Numbered from the stretch's first letter, positions 49,618 through 60,108 are shown. The stretch: DNA of 64,000 nucleotides from Euryarchaeota archaeon UBA202 (GCA_002502685.1 DAQA01000013.1:2202-66201), one strand, 5' to 3'. Numbers and translations are program-made. The notes: a model not told the origin generated them from the sequence alone.

Positions 49618-51938
49618 CAGAAGGACAAATACCGATAAAGGAATATAAAACAGGAAATACCCAGCATACCTGGGATCTAAAAAAATTAAGGGAGACCCAT
49701 AAAATCCTCCATAAATATACCTATCAAAAAAATGAGGTGAAAAGAGGATATACAAATAAAACACTTCAGATTGATATCTCCACCAATACAATACAGGAAA
49801 AACCAGTTACAAAAGAAATGAAGGAGTTATTCACAGGTGGACGTGGATTTGGCCTAAGACTCCTCTGGGATGCCCTCACACCCGCTACACGATGGGACAG
49901 CGAGGACAATGAGATTGTGATCACCACTGGCCCCCTCTGCGGCATTACCCAATATCCCGGATGTGGGAAATCAGTCTGCTTGACTGTCTCTCCCTCCACC
50001 AACATTATCTGTGACAGCAATGTCGGGGGGTTCTTCGGCCCCTATCTTAAATTTGCCGGTTTTGATGCCCTGGAGATACGGGGAAAAGCAAAGGAAGATA
50101 TTGTGATTGTCATCGATGCTGAAAAGGAAGAAATAACCCTAGAAACTGCCCCACTGGAGGAAACCAATGCCCATCTTCTCAACGAACAACTCACCTCTCT
50201 TTATGCAACCGAGGACACGGATAAAGCCCGACAGAAGGTCTCTGTAGTCTCAGCTGGGCAGGGAGCGGAACATAGCTTTTGGGGTTGTTTGAATTTTTCT
50301 TTTTATGACATCAGAAGAAAAGTACCCCGGATCAAACAAGCAGGAAGAGGAGGACTGGGGACCGTATTGAGGAATAAAAGAATTAAGGCAGTAGTGGTAA
50401 AAATTGATAAGTTAGATGGACTATCAAATAATCCCAAGGACCCCCACACACTTGCTCAAGTAGGAATTAAAATACATCGAGAAATCCGAGACCTTGACCG
50501 ATATCAATGCAATATGCGGGCTGTGGGAACAGTCCATCTAGTTGAAATCATGGACGCCTATGATCTCTTACCCTGTGAGAATTACCGGTTTGGAAGTTTC
50601 CCAAAAGCACCCCGGATTCACTCCCCTGAGTTTTACAAACGGTTTACCAAAATCATCCCGGATGGCTGCTGGCACGGTTGCACCCTGGCATGCGCAAAAA
50701 CCGTTGATGGTTTCACCGTAAAAACAGGACCCTATGAAGGCCAAAGGGTTACCGTTGATGGCCCTGAGTATGAGACCGTTGGCTGCGGAGCAAACATGGG
50801 ATTGTGGGACCCGGACTGGATTCTTGAATTTAACTTCTATTGCGACACCTATGGCATGGACACCATCTCCACCGGAACCGCTATAGCTTTCTATATGGAA
50901 ATGTATGAATATGGCATCCTGAACAAGGAACGATGTGATGGTTTAGAGCTTTGTTTTGGAAATGCAGAGGCAGTCATGGAGTTTCTTCATCGTATCGCCC
51001 AAGGAGATTCCGGTGAATTTTTATCCATTGCACCTCGGGGTATACGGCGGGTAAAAGACTGGTTGATTGCAAAAGGCTGGGGTGACCCCCAGCTGATTGA
51101 AGATACCGGTATGGAAAGCAAGGGACTTGAATTCTCAGAATATGTCACCAAGGAATCACTTGCAATGCAAGGAGGATATGGTCTTACCCTCAAGGGACCT
51201 CAACACGATGAAGCATGGCTTATCTTTATGGATATGGTGGACAACGCCATACCAAGCTTTAAGGATAAAGCTGAGGCGTTACATTACTTTCCCATGTGGC
51301 GCACCTGGTTTGGCCTTCATGGCCTATGCAAGTTACCCTGGAATGATATTGAACCGGCTAATAACGTAGAGACAGATGAACCACCTAAGGTTCCTGAGCA
51401 TGTACAAAATTATGTGGAGCTCTTTAATGCCGTTACGGGAAAAAATATTGATAAGGATGACTTAATCCTGCAAAGTGAGCGGTGCTATAATTGGCAGAGA
51501 GCCATGAATGTGTGGATGAGGCGGGGAAGACGACGGGATGATTGGATACCCTATCGCTCCATGGGACCTGTGACTGAAATGGAGTATATATCTCGGAAGG
51601 ACCGGTATGACCAGCAACTTGTTGAAAAATTGGGTCTTACTGAGGAATATGTTGCTGGTTTGACGATAAATAAGAAAATCCAGTTGTTGTATAATTATCG
51701 ACAGGAACAGTATCAAAAATTAGCTGATGCGGTATATTATCGCCGCGGATGGACACCAAATGGTGTCCCAACCATTCAGAAGATGAAAAAGCTAGGGTTT
51801 TCGGACAAAAAGATGTTGAGGATGCTTGAAGAAAAGATAAAAGAGGATGAAAAAGCAGGGTTGAATGTATGGGGTGGAACGTACACCGAGGGTGAACAAC
51901 CCCCTAGTACTGACTTAAACTATTGGTTAAAGTGGTAA
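49614..51938 (+). CDS. Tungsten-dependent aldehyde:ferredoxin oxidoreductase family protein
   Basis: GGRGFG, SNVGGFFG, AGRGGLG, CWHGCTLAC, GPEYE, GMDTIS and YYRRGW. Confidence 0.92.
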   Translation: MTEGQIPIKEYKTGNTQHTWDLKKLRETHKILHKYTYQKNEVKRGYTNKTLQIDISTNTIQEKPVTKEMKELFTGGRGFGLRLLWDALTPATRWDSEDNEIVITTGPLCGITQYPGCGKSVCLTVSPSTNIICDSNVGGFFGPYLKFAGFDALEIRGKAKEDIVIVIDAEKEEITLETAPLEETNAHLLNEQLTSLYATEDTDKARQKVSVVSAGQGAEHSFWGCLNFSFYDIRRKVPRIKQAGRGGLGTVLRNKRIKAVVVKIDKLDGLSNNPKDPHTLAQVGIKIHREIRDLDRYQCNMRAVGTVHLVEIMDAYDLLPCENYRFGSFPKAPRIHSPEFYKRFTKIIPDGCWHGCTLACAKTVDGFTVKTGPYEGQRVTVDGPEYETVGCGANMGLWDPDWILEFNFYCDTYGMDTISTGTAIAFYMEMYEYGILNKERCDGLELCFGNAEAVMEFLHRIAQGDSGEFLSIAPRGIRRVKDWLIAKGWGDPQLIEDTGMESKGLEFSEYVTKESLAMQGGYGLTLKGPQHDEAWLIFMDMVDNAIPSFKDKAEALHYFPMWRTWFGLHGLCKLPWNDIEPANNVETDEPPKVPEHVQNYVELFNAVTGKNIDKDDLILQSERCYNWQRAMNVWMRRGRRRDDWIPYRSMGPVTEMEYISRKDRYDQQLVEKLGLTEEYVAGLTINKKIQLLYNYRQEQYQKLADAVYYRRGWTPNGVPTIQKMKKLGFSDKKMLRMLEEKIKEDEKAGLNVWGGTYTEGEQPPSTDLNYWLKW

Positions 51939-51948
51939 CTAGTGTGTT

Positions 51949-52551
51949 ATGAATATACAGGAAAAAAACCGTATTAGAAAAAAGGTACAGGGAGCATGTG
52001 TGGGGATTGCAGGCATAGGTGGCCTGGGATCCAATGCCGCAGTTGCCCTGGCTCGCGCGGGTGTGGGACATTTAGTTCTTGTTGACTTTGATGTTGTAGA
52101 GGAAGATAACCTGGATCGTCAATACTATTTTCATGATCAGATTGGAAAACTAAAAAGTGACGCTCTCACCGAGACGCTGCATCGTATCAATCCATCTCTT
52201 GACTGTATTACCCACCAAGTCAAACTGGAAAGAGGGTCCATGGAGATACCTTTTAAGGATGTAGATGTGGTGCTGGAGGGTTTGGACAATGCAGAAACCA
52301 AGGCTACCTTTATCGAGGAAATACTATTGAAACTTCCAGGAAAACCATTAGTTGCTGCGTCAGGGGTCGCCGGTTACGGAAAACCAGATAGGATCAGTAC
52401 CCTTCAGATGGGGAATTTCTATCTGTGTTACGATGAAAAAGCAAAGTCCAGCGAGGAGGATGTTTTGATTGCGTCCCATGTTGCTCTGATGGCAAACTGG
52501 GAAGCGGATTTGGCGTTACGGATCATTCTGGGAGAGCATCATGACCATTGA
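51949..52551 (+). CDS. ThiF/MoeB-family sulfur-carrier adenylyltransferase
   Basis: GIGGLGS, DFDVVE..NLDRQ and DNAETK. Confidence 0.9.
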   Translation: MNIQEKNRIRKKVQGACVGIAGIGGLGSNAAVALARAGVGHLVLVDFDVVEEDNLDRQYYFHDQIGKLKSDALTETLHRINPSLDCITHQVKLERGSMEIPFKDVDVVLEGLDNAETKATFIEEILLKLPGKPLVAASGVAGYGKPDRISTLQMGNFYLCYDEKAKSSEEDVLIASHVALMANWEADLALRIILGEHHDH

Positions 52552-52741
52552 AGTGAATGGGAGAACTGTTGAATGGAAAAATAATGAAACAGTAACCCGG
52601 TTGCTTAAAAGAATTGGATATGTTTTTCCCTTGGTGTTTGTAAAAATAAATGATTCGGTCATCCCCCGTAAAGACTTTCTACATGTCACCATTCCGGACA
52701 AGGCAGTAATTAAGGTAATCCACATGATAAGTGGAGGATAA
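52541..52741 (+). CDS. ThiS/MoaD-family ubiquitin-like sulfur carrier
   Basis: 66 aa ending ISGG. Confidence 0.9.
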   Translation: MTIEVNGRTVEWKNNETVTRLLKRIGYVFPLVFVKINDSVIPRKDFLHVTIPDKAVIKVIHMISGG

Positions 52742-52788
52742 AAATAAAAAAATAAAAAAAAATAAAGAAAACGTAATCTGTGGATCCA

Positions 52789-54048
52789 CTAGGGAAATAT
52801 GCCCCGTTGTTCCAATGATGCCGCCACTTTTTTCAAAGAAAGCATATAGGCTGCACTGCGAAGACTGGTGGCCTCTTTTTGTCCCATATCCCACACCTCT
52901 TGAAAGCTTTTCAAGATAAGTTTTTTGAGATTAGCATTTACCTCCTTGAGATCCCAAAAGAATGACTGTATACCCTGAACCCATTCAAAATATGAAACGA
53001 TGACACCCCCGCTATTTGCCAGGATGCCAGGGATAACAATAATCTTTTTTTCATTGAGGACACCATCTGCTTTATCAGTAACAGGGCCATTTGCACCCTC
53101 CACAATAAGCTGCGCTTTGATATGATCAACATTGCCAAGCGTAATCTGGTTTTCAAGGGCGGCAGGTATCAAAATATCGGTCTCCAATTCAAGGAGTTCC
53201 TCATTGGTCACAGAGGAGACCTTTTTATCATCATAGTCTTGTAAAAGACAGGGTGGTTTTGTGGAATAGACATGGTTATAGATACGGGGGATATCTAATC
53301 CATCAGGATTATAAATCCCTCCTGAAATATCGGTGATCCCAATAATTTTGCATCCCTTCTCCGCAAGCAATTTGGCAGCTATTGATCCTACATTTCCGAA
53401 TCCCTGGATAACAATGGATGTATCCTTTGGATGCCGGTGTAATTTCTCAAGGGCAGCAAGCGTAGTTAGCATCACGCCGCGCCCTGTTGCCTCAAAACGA
53501 CCCAGTGATCCTCCTAGCTCCAATGACTTACCCGTGACAATATCTAAAACAGTTTGTCCTTTATACATGCTGACCGCATCCATGATCCAGCCCATGGTAT
53601 CCGCAGATGTATTCACATCGGGGGCAGGAATATCTGTTTTGGAGCCAATGATGGGAAGTATTGCCGCGGCATACCTTTTGGTCAATCGCTGTATTTCCCG
53701 TTGGGATAATTGGGCTGGATTACAGGTGATGCCTCCCTTGGCTCCGCCAAAGGGTATATGGGCCACAGCACATTTCAGAGTCATCAGGGTCGCAAGAGCT
53801 TTTATCTCATCAAGAGTCACCAGGGGATGATAACGAATACCCCCCTTACAGGGCCCCCGTGCACTAGAATGCTGGACTCGGTATCCTGTAAAGACCCGGA
53901 TATCGTCTGAATCTGTCACAACGGGAATTGAAACAATGAGTTGCCGTTCTGGTTCCTTTATGACAGATGTTATGCCAGGATCCAAGCCGATTTTTTTTGC
54001 CTCTTGATCTATTTGTGCTAGAACACTTTCATAAAAGCTTCTTACCAT
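52789..54048 (-). CDS. gdhA: Glutamate dehydrogenase
   Basis: KGGIRYHP, GGAKGG, PAPDVNT, QGFGNVG, EGANGP and SYFEWVQ. Confidence 0.95.
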   Translation of the reverse strand: MVRSFYESVLAQIDQEAKKIGLDPGITSVIKEPERQLIVSIPVVTDSDDIRVFTGYRVQHSSARGPCKGGIRYHPLVTLDEIKALATLMTLKCAVAHIPFGGAKGGITCNPAQLSQREIQRLTKRYAAAILPIIGSKTDIPAPDVNTSADTMGWIMDAVSMYKGQTVLDIVTGKSLELGGSLGRFEATGRGVMLTTLAALEKLHRHPKDTSIVIQGFGNVGSIAAKLLAEKGCKIIGITDISGGIYNPDGLDIPRIYNHVYSTKPPCLLQDYDDKKVSSVTNEELLELETDILIPAALENQITLGNVDHIKAQLIVEGANGPVTDKADGVLNEKKIIVIPGILANSGGVIVSYFEWVQGIQSFFWDLKEVNANLKKLILKSFQEVWDMGQKEATSLRSAAYMLSLKKVAASLEQRGIFP

Positions 54049-54185
54049 GGTTACATTCTCCAGTGAAAACTTAATATTTTTGGCAGTGTAGATATTGGAT
54101 TCACAAGGAACAGAAACAGAGATGGCTTGATAATGTTTTTGTTTTATCTACCCTAGATATGCGTGAGGCTCAAGATGCCCGGGAA

Positions 54186-54575
54186 TCATTTATTTTTCTT
54201 TTTTTGTTGGTAATCCTTTATTGCCTCGTGAAGGGCACCTGCTGCCAGATTGGAACAATGCATTTTTTGAGGAGGAAGACCATCAAGTTCACTGGCAACA
54301 TCATTGCGTGTAATCTTTAACGCTTCATCCACATGAAGATCCTTTGCCATTTCAGTCACCATGCTACTGGTTGCAATGGCTGAGCCACAACCAAATGTTT
54401 TAAATTTAATATCAGTGATGTGATCATCCTTAACTGAAATATACATCTCCATGATGTCACCACAGACAGGATTACCCACTTTCCCGTATCCATCAGGATT
54501 TTTTATTTCCCCCACGTTTCGGGGATTGAAAAAATGATCCATTACTTTTTTGCTATAACCAATATTTTGTGCCAT
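54186..54575 (-). CDS. iscU: Fe-S cluster scaffold IscU/NifU
   Basis: HFFNPRNVG, NPVCGD, FGCGSAIA and LPPQKMHCS. Confidence 0.95.
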   Translation of the reverse strand: MAQNIGYSKKVMDHFFNPRNVGEIKNPDGYGKVGNPVCGDIMEMYISVKDDHITDIKFKTFGCGSAIATSSMVTEMAKDLHVDEALKITRNDVASELDGLPPQKMHCSNLAAGALHEAIKDYQQKKKNK

Positions 54576-54580
54576 ACATA

Positions 54581-55747
54581 TCACTTCTTTTTTTTATAGA
54601 GAGGAGAGAGATCCCTCAATTTTTCCACTGTGTTTGTTACCGCGGTGATAACATGAGGCACTTCCTTGGATGTATTTGATCGCCCAAGGGTGAGAACCAT
54701 TGATCCATGGGCTTCCTCATGTTTTAATCCAATAGCCAAGAGGACATGGGAGGGCTCAAGGGTTCGGGATGAGCATGCTGACCCTGTTGCCACCTGGATG
54801 TTATACATATCAAGAGATAAAAGTATGCTTTCACCCTCGATGTAGCTAAAACGAAAACTGGCATGATGAGGAAGACGCAGCGTGGGATGCCCTGTCAGAA
54901 AAGAGTCATCTATCTTGAGTATGCCATCTATGAGGCTGTCCCGGATATTTTGAAAACGAGGTGTCTCTTTGGCCCTCTCCTTTTTTGCGATCCGTGCAGC
55001 CTCTCCCATCCCTACCAGGGCAAAAATATTTTCACTCCCTGACCTAAGTCCTCTTTCCTGTCCTCCTCCAGGGAGAATTGATTGCAGCTTAATGCCAGGT
55101 TTTACATAGAGAACACCAGCACCAAGAGGGCCATATAGCGCGGATGAGGAAAGAGTTAAAAGATCAATGTTATCTTTTTGAACATCAAGGGGAACATATC
55201 CCCCTGCCGCGACGGCATCGACATGGAGATACAGTCCTTTTTCATGAACAAGTGAACTAATTTCTTTGATGGGCTCAATGGTTCCAATTTCATTATTGGC
55301 ATACATTATAGAAGTGATAAGGGTTTCTTTGGTGACAATGTCCTCTAGTTGTTCAAGGTCAACAAGACCCTGTGAATCAACAGGTATCAATGAAAATCTA
55401 AAACCATTTTTTTGAAGATATTTCATTGGATTGAGCACAGAGATATGTTCTATGGCACTTGCTGCCACCTGTTTTCCCTTGCCAGTATTGCGAAGGGAAC
55501 ATCCCTGAATCGCTAAATTGTTTGACTCTGTGGAACCCCCTGTAAAAATGATTGTGGATTCATTTTCTGCATTAATGAAACCAGCGATTTTTTCCCGGGA
55601 TTCCTCCATTGCTTTTTTTGCTTGAAGGCCTAATGAATGAAGGGATGAAGGATTTCCCACCATGTCCTCTAGATACCACCGGGAAAAATCAAGAACCCGG
55701 GAGTCGATGGGTGTCGCAGAGGCATAATCAAGATAGATGCGTTTCAT
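54581..55747 (-). CDS. iscS: Cysteine desulfurase IscS/NifS
   Basis: IYLDYASATP, GNPSSLH, NNEIGT and GSACSS...PSHVL. Confidence 0.92.
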   Translation of the reverse strand: MKRIYLDYASATPIDSRVLDFSRWYLEDMVGNPSSLHSLGLQAKKAMEESREKIAGFINAENESTIIFTGGSTESNNLAIQGCSLRNTGKGKQVAASAIEHISVLNPMKYLQKNGFRFSLIPVDSQGLVDLEQLEDIVTKETLITSIMYANNEIGTIEPIKEISSLVHEKGLYLHVDAVAAGGYVPLDVQKDNIDLLTLSSSALYGPLGAGVLYVKPGIKLQSILPGGGQERGLRSGSENIFALVGMGEAARIAKKERAKETPRFQNIRDSLIDGILKIDDSFLTGHPTLRLPHHASFRFSYIEGESILLSLDMYNIQVATGSACSSRTLEPSHVLLAIGLKHEEAHGSMVLTLGRSNTSKEVPHVITAVTNTVEKLRDLSPLYKKKK

Positions 55748-55767
55748 ATTAACTGTCTCCTTTGTCT

Positions 55768-56139
55768 CTAAAACCACATGGTTGCATCAGCGTCAAGGGC
55801 AAGATCATTCAGAGTCCCAGCACCGACAATTTTTACCCCGGGTAAAAGCTGCACCTTTCCAATACCAAGCATCTGTTTGGATGCCTCACAGGCATAAATC
55901 TCAATATTCATCTCTTGTGTCTTTTTAATCATTTCCAATACCGTGGGAAAATTTCCAATTTTAATGTTTTCAGCTGTATTGGGCATCAAGATGTTCAATC
56001 CTCGCCCCAGGTAATAAACACGGGGGATAATATCCATCATTTGTGCTGTTTGCGCTAAAACCAGAGGGGAATATTGCCTGTCGGGTTGATCACTTGTCTG
56101 AACGTATAAAATTGATTTTGTTTGTCTCACTTTCTTCAT
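55768..56139 (-). CDS. DsrE-family protein
   Basis: YSPLVLA, IYACEAS and VGAGTL; lies between tusA and iscS. Confidence 0.8.
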   Translation of the reverse strand: MKKVRQTKSILYVQTSDQPDRQYSPLVLAQTAQMMDIIPRVYYLGRGLNILMPNTAENIKIGNFPTVLEMIKKTQEMNIEIYACEASKQMLGIGKVQLLPGVKIVGAGTLNDLALDADATMWF

Positions 56140-56152
56140 ATTCCTGTTTTTC

Positions 56153-56395
56153 TTAATGTATTTTTTTAATATAAAAGATTAATGCATTCCCCTTTTTTTC
56201 AAATTTTATAAGCTGATGACCGGTCCGTTTCACCCACCGTGCAATATCCTCCTCAGCTGCTGGATCATCCGCCTCAACCCTGAGAACCTGTCCTTGTTGA
56301 AGATTCTCCATTGCCTCCTTGGTTAATGCAATGGGCATGGGACAATAGAGCCCTACACAATCAACCTCTGCATCATACCGGTGAGTGTTGCTGAT
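56153..56395 (-). CDS. tusA: TusA/SirA sulfurtransferase, apparently starting at ATC
   Basis: VDCVGLYCPMP...ADDP...DI..W....GH. The CPxP motif lies upstream of the only ATG (56338), and an in-frame TGA bounds the frame just upstream of an AGGGGG ribosome-binding site. Confidence 0.85.
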   Translation of the reverse strand: MSNTHRYDAEVDCVGLYCPMPIALTKEAMENLQQGQVLRVEADDPAAEEDIARWVKRTGHQLIKFEKKGNALIFYIKKIH

Positions 56396-56429
56396 GGATA
56401 TCGTCCCCCTATGATAATTTCATTATTTA

Positions 56430-57005
56430 CTAATAGTTTTCTCCCCAGAGTTCATAGTATCCCTGCGGGTGTTGACATGCGGGGCATATCTTTGGGGGCT
56501 CTGTTCCTTCATATACATAGCCACAGTTCCGACATTTCCATTTCATGACTTTGTCACACTTGAACACCTGCCCGGTTGTAATATTACCCAAAAGCTTTCG
56601 ATACCGTTTTTCATGGTATGCCTCCACTTGGGCAATCTCACGAAAACTCCGGGCTATCTCAGAAAATCCTTCCTTTTCCGCTGTGTTTGCAAAGTCAGGA
56701 TAGAGGGTTCCCCATTCCATTTTTTCTCCCTCGGCGGCCTCTTGTAGATTTTCTGTTGTTGCCCCAATGATTCCGGCAGGATATTCTGCAGTAATCTTGG
56801 CTATCCCTCCTTTTAGGTGCTTAAAAAAAACTTTAGCGTGCTCTTTTTCGTTATCCGCTGTTTCCAAAAAGACAGCCGCAATCTGTTCATATCCCTCTTT
56901 TTTTGCTTGTGACGCAAAAAAAGTATAGCGATTCCGTGCTTGTGATTCTCCTGCAAATGCTGCTAAAAGATTTTTCTCGGTCTGTGTTCCTTTTATATCC
57001 TTCAT
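56430..57005 (-). CDS. rbr: Rubrerythrin
   Basis: AFAGESQARNRY, EKEHA, C-terminal CRNCGY...CPAC. Confidence 0.95.
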   Translation of the reverse strand: MKDIKGTQTEKNLLAAFAGESQARNRYTFFASQAKKEGYEQIAAVFLETADNEKEHAKVFFKHLKGGIAKITAEYPAGIIGATTENLQEAAEGEKMEWGTLYPDFANTAEKEGFSEIARSFREIAQVEAYHEKRYRKLLGNITTGQVFKCDKVMKWKCRNCGYVYEGTEPPKICPACQHPQGYYELWGENY

Positions 57006-57188
57006 GTTGTATCTCTTATATACTGGCTTTTTTCACTTTTTTTTAATCTTGGTTGAAACAATACATGTTATAAAGGGGTAATCATGCATCAATTTCTCCA
57101 ATATTTTTTTGGGATTTCCATGTAGTAAGAACCTTCTATCCCTGTTCATTCTCTTGGCAAAGTTTTAGACAGTACCGGGACAAAATAG

Positions 57189-57704
57189 TTAGTCCTCGGT
57201 GCCAGTGGGAGATGTAAAAGCCCGTTGACCCAACTGCTGGTCAAGCATGAAAATACCCCTTCCTTTCTCCCCTACAAGTTTAAGTTTTTCAACGATGGCG
57301 TCAGCTGAGGATTCTTCTTCAACTTGTTCATCAACAAACCAGCGGAGCATACTCACACTTGCATGATCCTTCTCAGCCAGTGCGAGATCCATAAGATTAT
57401 GTATTAAACTTGTCACTTTTTGCTCATGCTGATAGACATCCTCAAAAGCAGAGAGAGGAGACGACCAGGTAGTTTGAGGTGCATCAATGGACAACATGGT
57501 CACCCGGCCACCTCTTTCTACAAGATAATCATAGAATTTCATGGCATGAACCACCTCTTCCTGTGCTTGAATCTTCATCCAATTAGCAAAACCTGTAAGA
57601 TTGATAGATTCAAAGTATGCCGACATGGAAAGGTATAGGTAGGCGGAATATAATTCAGCATTAATCTGTTCATTAATGGCCTTTTCCATTTTTTTATTAA
57701 TCAT
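57189..57704 (-). CDS. ftnA: Non-haem ferritin
   Basis: [25 protein letters not shown] and [10 protein letters not shown]. Confidence 0.93.
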   Translation of the reverse strand: MINKKMEKAINEQINAELYSAYLYLSMSAYFESINLTGFANWMKIQAQEEVVHAMKFYDYLVERGGRVTMLSIDAPQTTWSSPLSAFEDVYQHEQKVTSLIHNLMDLALAEKDHASVSMLRWFVDEQVEEESSADAIVEKLKLVGEKGRGIFMLDQQLGQRAFTSPTGTED

Positions 57705-57706
57705 AA

Positions 57707-58099
57707 CTAAACCTCTATATTTTTTTTTGTGTGCCATAAACCATGGATATTGCAATAATCTCGCACTTCGGCGACATCCCCTTCGATTTCAAATAGTGCC
57801 TCAGGTAAGCGGCCTGGCTTTAAAAACTTTTTTTGTACACCCTTATCAGTAATAACCTCAAGCCATTTGATATAATGATTATCTTCCATGGGATGCGGGA
57901 CAGATCCAACTTTTACCTTTATCCCCCGGGGTGATTCTTCTATTATAGGAACATGTTTCTCTTTGCCTTGATCCTCTGTTTTGGGTTTCAAGGGGATCAT
58001 GGGTTGCCCGCAACACACTAACTGTCCTTCACCTTCCTGGAGAACCTCAACAATATTACCGCATATCTCACATTTATATACTTCAAGAAACTTTGTCAT
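57707..58099 (-). CDS. dfx: Desulfoferrodoxin (superoxide reductase)
   Basis: [22 protein letters not shown]...HYI and CNIHGLW. Confidence 0.95.
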   Translation of the reverse strand: MTKFLEVYKCEICGNIVEVLQEGEGQLVCCGQPMIPLKPKTEDQGKEKHVPIIEESPRGIKVKVGSVPHPMEDNHYIKWLEVITDKGVQKKFLKPGRLPEALFEIEGDVAEVRDYCNIHGLWHTKKNIEV

Positions 58100-58122
58100 C
58101 AGTACCTCCATTCAAAAGCCGT

Positions 58123-58332
58123 TTAGCATGAACTATGTTCAATAGCGTCATTGGGGCAGGCCTCGATACAGACACAACATTCAATACATTCATCAACATT
58201 TTTGGCTATTGCCTTTCCCTCTTTTATTTCATAAATATCCACAGGGCATTCTTCCACGCAATTCCCAGCACCAGTACACTTGTCATAGTCAATTTTTATT
58301 ACCATATCTCCAGATTTAAATTCTTTAACCAT
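58123..58332 (-). CDS. Ferredoxin
   Basis: CTGAGNCVEECP (Ala in place of the 2nd Cys, 3Fe-4S-like) and CIECCVCIEACP. Confidence 0.85.
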   Translation of the reverse strand: MVKEFKSGDMVIKIDYDKCTGAGNCVEECPVDIYEIKEGKAIAKNVDECIECCVCIEACPNDAIEHSSC

Positions 58333-58508
58333 TTTATCATACCTCAAAAAAATGTAATATAGAGATATATATATAGATTTTGGATTCACTTAACCCGGTT
58401 TAAAAAGTATAAATTGAGTGAAGACCAAGCATCTAGACTTCTCTTGAAAATACCCAGTGTGCCTAGGAAGTAATTAATGTATTTGTAAGTCCCAATTTAG
58501 CAGTAAAA

Positions 58509-59693
58509 CTATGAAATAGCATTTTCATCATGTTTCTTTCGTATTAAAACACCTAATTTCGTCAATGATTCAAAATCTTGTTTTTTAGGATACCCCTTTA
58601 TGATAACCGGATCCAGAAAATCAATTTTTAAATTTGATAATAGATCCACAAGCTGGTCATGCATTTTACCCCCCCATCCATATGACCCAATGATAGAGAC
58701 AAACCTTGTTTTTGGCCTCAATGCATTAACCAGATATGCCCCAAAGACAGCTTGGGGATGGGTGCCCCCCAGGGTTGTTGGTGACGCAAGAATAAGCGTT
58801 GCGGCATCAACAAGCGCCATGGCAAATTTTCCGATATCTGCCCTGGTTAAATCAAACTGTTTTACCCTAATTCCTTGCTGTATCAATACATCTACAAGGT
58901 GCTCCACCATTTTGTGTGTGCTGCCATGCATTGACACATAGCCAATAACCACTTCATTTTTCACCCTGTCAGATATCCACTCCCGATAGGCATCCAAGAT
59001 AAAACCGGGTTGACCATGCAAAGGGCCATGGCTGGGTGCGATAATGTCTATTGGAAGATCCTGTATTTTCTCAATATTTTTTCGAATAGGGACTTTAAAG
59101 GGCATCATGATCTCTGCATAATATCGTTTCGCTGACTCATAGATTAAGGATTTATCAGTGGCAAACAAATCACTGGTAGCAAGATGGGACCCAAAAAAAT
59201 CACAGGTAAATAAAATTTTATCTTCACGCAGATAGGTAATCATGGTCTCGGGCCAATGAACCCAAGGGCAAAAAATGAATTCAAGGGTTTTGTTACCCAA
59301 CAAAAGAGTCGAGCGGTCTTCTATAACAAGAAACTTTTCTTCCGGGATAAGCAGCATCTCCATAAGAAGATTTTTACATTTTTGATTGGTCACTACCCGG
59401 GCTTCAGGATACTTTTCAAGAACCAAGGGAAGAGATCCTGAGTGATCCTGTTCTGCATGGTTTATCACAACATAATCTAATTGGTCGATGCCCGAATCAT
59501 CCAGCATGCCCAACAAGACATGGGACATGGATGGATCAACCGTGTCAACCAAGGCAGCTCTACCACTACCCTTGACTAAAAAAGCATTATATGTTGTTCC
59601 ATCAGGGAGGGGAATAAGTTCATCAAAAAGACGCCTGTCCCAATCAATAGCCCCAAGAAAAAAAACATTCTTGGCGACTTTACGACCAGTCAT
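58509..59693 (-). CDS. fprA: Flavodiiron protein (FprA, A-type flavoprotein)
   Basis: GTTYNA, NHAEQDHSG, HWPE, PSHG, SMHGST and GSYGWGG. Confidence 0.93.
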   Translation of the reverse strand: MTGRKVAKNVFFLGAIDWDRRLFDELIPLPDGTTYNAFLVKGSGRAALVDTVDPSMSHVLLGMLDDSGIDQLDYVVINHAEQDHSGSLPLVLEKYPEARVVTNQKCKNLLMEMLLIPEEKFLVIEDRSTLLLGNKTLEFIFCPWVHWPETMITYLREDKILFTCDFFGSHLATSDLFATDKSLIYESAKRYYAEIMMPFKVPIRKNIEKIQDLPIDIIAPSHGPLHGQPGFILDAYREWISDRVKNEVVIGYVSMHGSTHKMVEHLVDVLIQQGIRVKQFDLTRADIGKFAMALVDAATLILASPTTLGGTHPQAVFGAYLVNALRPKTRFVSIIGSYGWGGKMHDQLVDLLSNLKIDFLDPVIIKGYPKKQDFESLTKLGVLIRKKHDENAIS

Positions 59694-59695
59694 TA

Positions 59696-59857
59696 TTATT
59701 CCACTGGTTCAAAATCATCTTTACCAACGCCACACATGGGACATACCCAGTCATCGGGCAGGTCCTCAAAGGGTGTGCCTGCATCAATACCATTGTCTGG
59801 GTCGCCCTCCTGGGGATCATATATATAACCACAAACCATACATCGATATTTTTTCAT
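59696..59857 (-). CDS. Rubredoxin (53 aa; below the ORF-track cutoff)
   Basis: [53 protein letters not shown]. Confidence 0.95.
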   Translation of the reverse strand: MKKYRCMVCGYIYDPQEGDPDNGIDAGTPFEDLPDDWVCPMCGVGKDDFEPVE

Positions 59858-60108
59858 TGTATCTTACCCTCGCAATTTATGCTATCCATACAGGATACAT
59901 TTTTATTTGACCATATCATGACAAATGCCGTGACATGACCCAAGGGAGTATGCACTCATTATTGTTAATCATTTCGGCCCTAAAACTATTAATTATTGTC
60001 ACCTTTTTTATTAAAACATAGATCCGGCACTAAAAAAAATAATCATAGAATAATATGATAAAGTAAGGAACAAATACAAACATTTTTGAGGGGGCGTCTT
60101 TTGTGCTA

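Noticed and set aside
49156..59857. Selenoproteins among the redox genes
   Set aside because: Catalytic positions are Cys codons, and I noticed no in-frame TGA within conserved domains.
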